Shown here: positions 26,298 through 27,034 of the stretch, one piece after another | How positions within the stretch are numbered: the stretch's first letter is position 1 | How the letters are laid out: each line of letters opens with the position of its first letter | Assembly: GCA_049679205.1 (NCBI GenBank) | Contig: JBAUFP010000092.1 | Span: forward strand, 1 to 27,034 | Origin: a bacterium | GTDB taxonomy: Bacteria > Hydrothermota > Tepidihabitantia > SM23-42 | Direction of reading: 5' to 3' | Length of the DNA stretch: 27,034 nucleotides | Notes under the pieces: generated by a model | Databases searched by the model: none | Seen by the model: only the letters and a program-made list of their open reading frames with translations | What the model was told of the DNA's origin: nothing | Position numbers and translations under genes: made by a program

Positions 26298-26403
26298 TCT
26301 GATTTGGCTGCCAAATTGAGCACCCCACACGAAATTTCAAACTCCAAATAATATCACTGTAATCTTTTTTTTATCACTGTAATCGACGATACGAAGTATC
26401 GTC
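26298..26403. repeat. Composite intergenic repeat, copy B, preceded by a diverged copy of the surE-pcm repeat
   Basis: TCTGATTTGGctgccAAATTGAGCAcCCCaCAC (26298-26330), AAATTTCAAACTCCAAATA (26332-26350), ATCACTGTAATC x2 (26353-26364, 26373-26384), hairpin GACGATAC-gaa-GTATCGTC (26385-26403). Confidence 0.7.
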
Positions 26404-26431
26404 TTGACTTTGAAATGATGCCGGATAGAAT
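26404..26431 (+). promoter_or_regulatory. sigma70-type promoter of purN, probably leaderless
   Basis: TTGACT(26404-26409)-16 nt-TAGAAT(26426-26431)-5 nt-ATG(26437). Confidence 0.7.
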
Positions 26432-26436
26432 TGTCC

Positions 26437-27034
26437 ATGAAGAATATCGCCGTGTTGACTTCTGGCAGAGGATCGAATTTAGAGGCGATCATAAAAAACA
26501 TTGAAAATGGAACGCTTCAGGCAAACCTTGCCTGCGTGATCAGTGACAACAACGACGCACGTGCTCTACAAATTACCCGCGATCACGGTTTCAAGGCAAT
26601 CTGGCTCGACCCCGGACCGAAAAAGACCTGGCTTCTACCAGAATTTGAAGAAAAATACGTGCAAACTCTGAAGGAACATAATGTCGACCTCGTATGCCTG
26701 GCCGGTTTCATGAGGATCATAAAGAAACCCATACTGGAAGCGTTCAAAGGGAGAATCTTGAACATTCATCCGGCATTACTGCCATCGTTTCCCGGTCTCG
26801 ATGTGCAAAAGAAAGCAATCGACTACGGCGTGAAGTTTTCCGGATGTACAGTTCACTTTGTTACCGAAGATGTTGATGCTGGTGCAATAGTAACCCAGGC
26901 CGCAGTACCAGTGCTCGACGATGACACACCTGATACACTTGCGGCACGGATCCTTAAAGAAGAACACCGGATCTATTCCGAAGCCATCAACATCATTCTT
27001 TCGGGCAAGTATAAGATTGAAGGACGGAGAATAA
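26437..27034 (+). CDS. purN: Phosphoribosylglycinamide formyltransferase, 3' end runs off the window
   Basis: Not in the ORF track. Manual translation gives MKNIAVLTSGRGSNLEAII...VCLAGFMRII...ILNIHPALLPSFPG...SGCTVHFVTEDVDAGAIVTQ...EEHRIY. Confidence 0.96.
   Translation, partial: MKNIAVLTSGRGSNLEAIIKNIENGTLQANLACVISDNNDARALQITRDHGFKAIWLDPGPKKTWLLPEFEEKYVQTLKEHNVDLVCLAGFMRIIKKPILEAFKGRILNIHPALLPSFPGLDVQKKAIDYGVKFSGCTVHFVTEDVDAGAIVTQAAVPVLDDDTPDTLAARILKEEHRIYSEAINIILSGKYKIEGRRI

Noticed and set aside
1091..26967. Numerous other 60-165 aa ORFs in the track overlapping the called genes
   Set aside because: Antisense or off-frame shadows of well-supported CDSs with no family motifs.
1..27034. 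Genome-wide TAG reassignment (code 15-like)
   Set aside because: More than 20 conserved genes have no internal TAG, and purF and the 12103-12843 ORF end at plausible positions with TAG.

Overview
A 27 kb bacterial chromosomal window made mostly of housekeeping genes. The lineage cannot be determined from sequence alone, but tandem GWxTD genes, a DUF2723-TPR gene and a four-helix-bundle gene suggest an uncultured anaerobe of the WOR-3/FCB type (inference). In order it holds: an Ste24-like M48 peptidase (partial), a glutaredoxin-like/LarE/ChrA operon, two GWxTD-domain genes, tRNA-Met(CAT), a ~574-codon coiled-coil ORF with one in-frame TAG, YitT, PutP, glutamate dehydrogenase, a membrane protein, a DUF2723-ThiI-like-HIT-purF run, DUF763, a membrane GGDEF protein, apt, a four-helix-bundle gene, acyP, TIGR00725, tRNA-Pro(CGG), pcm, surE, a GT2 and purN (partial). 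No transposase, integrase, CRISPR array or phage genes were seen. The most unusual signals are non-coding or translational. (1) The four-helix-bundle (23S rRNA IVP/Avd-like) gene is enclosed by inverted low-complexity repeat arrays. (2) Several dispersed modular intergenic repeat families occur, including a hairpin with compensatory base changes, 'empty' versus 'filled' versions of the same hairpin, and a five-site array beside tRNA-Pro. (3) Two in-frame TAG codons have open coding sequence on both sides. (4) Several mRNAs appear leaderless, and 16-bp promoter spacers predominate.
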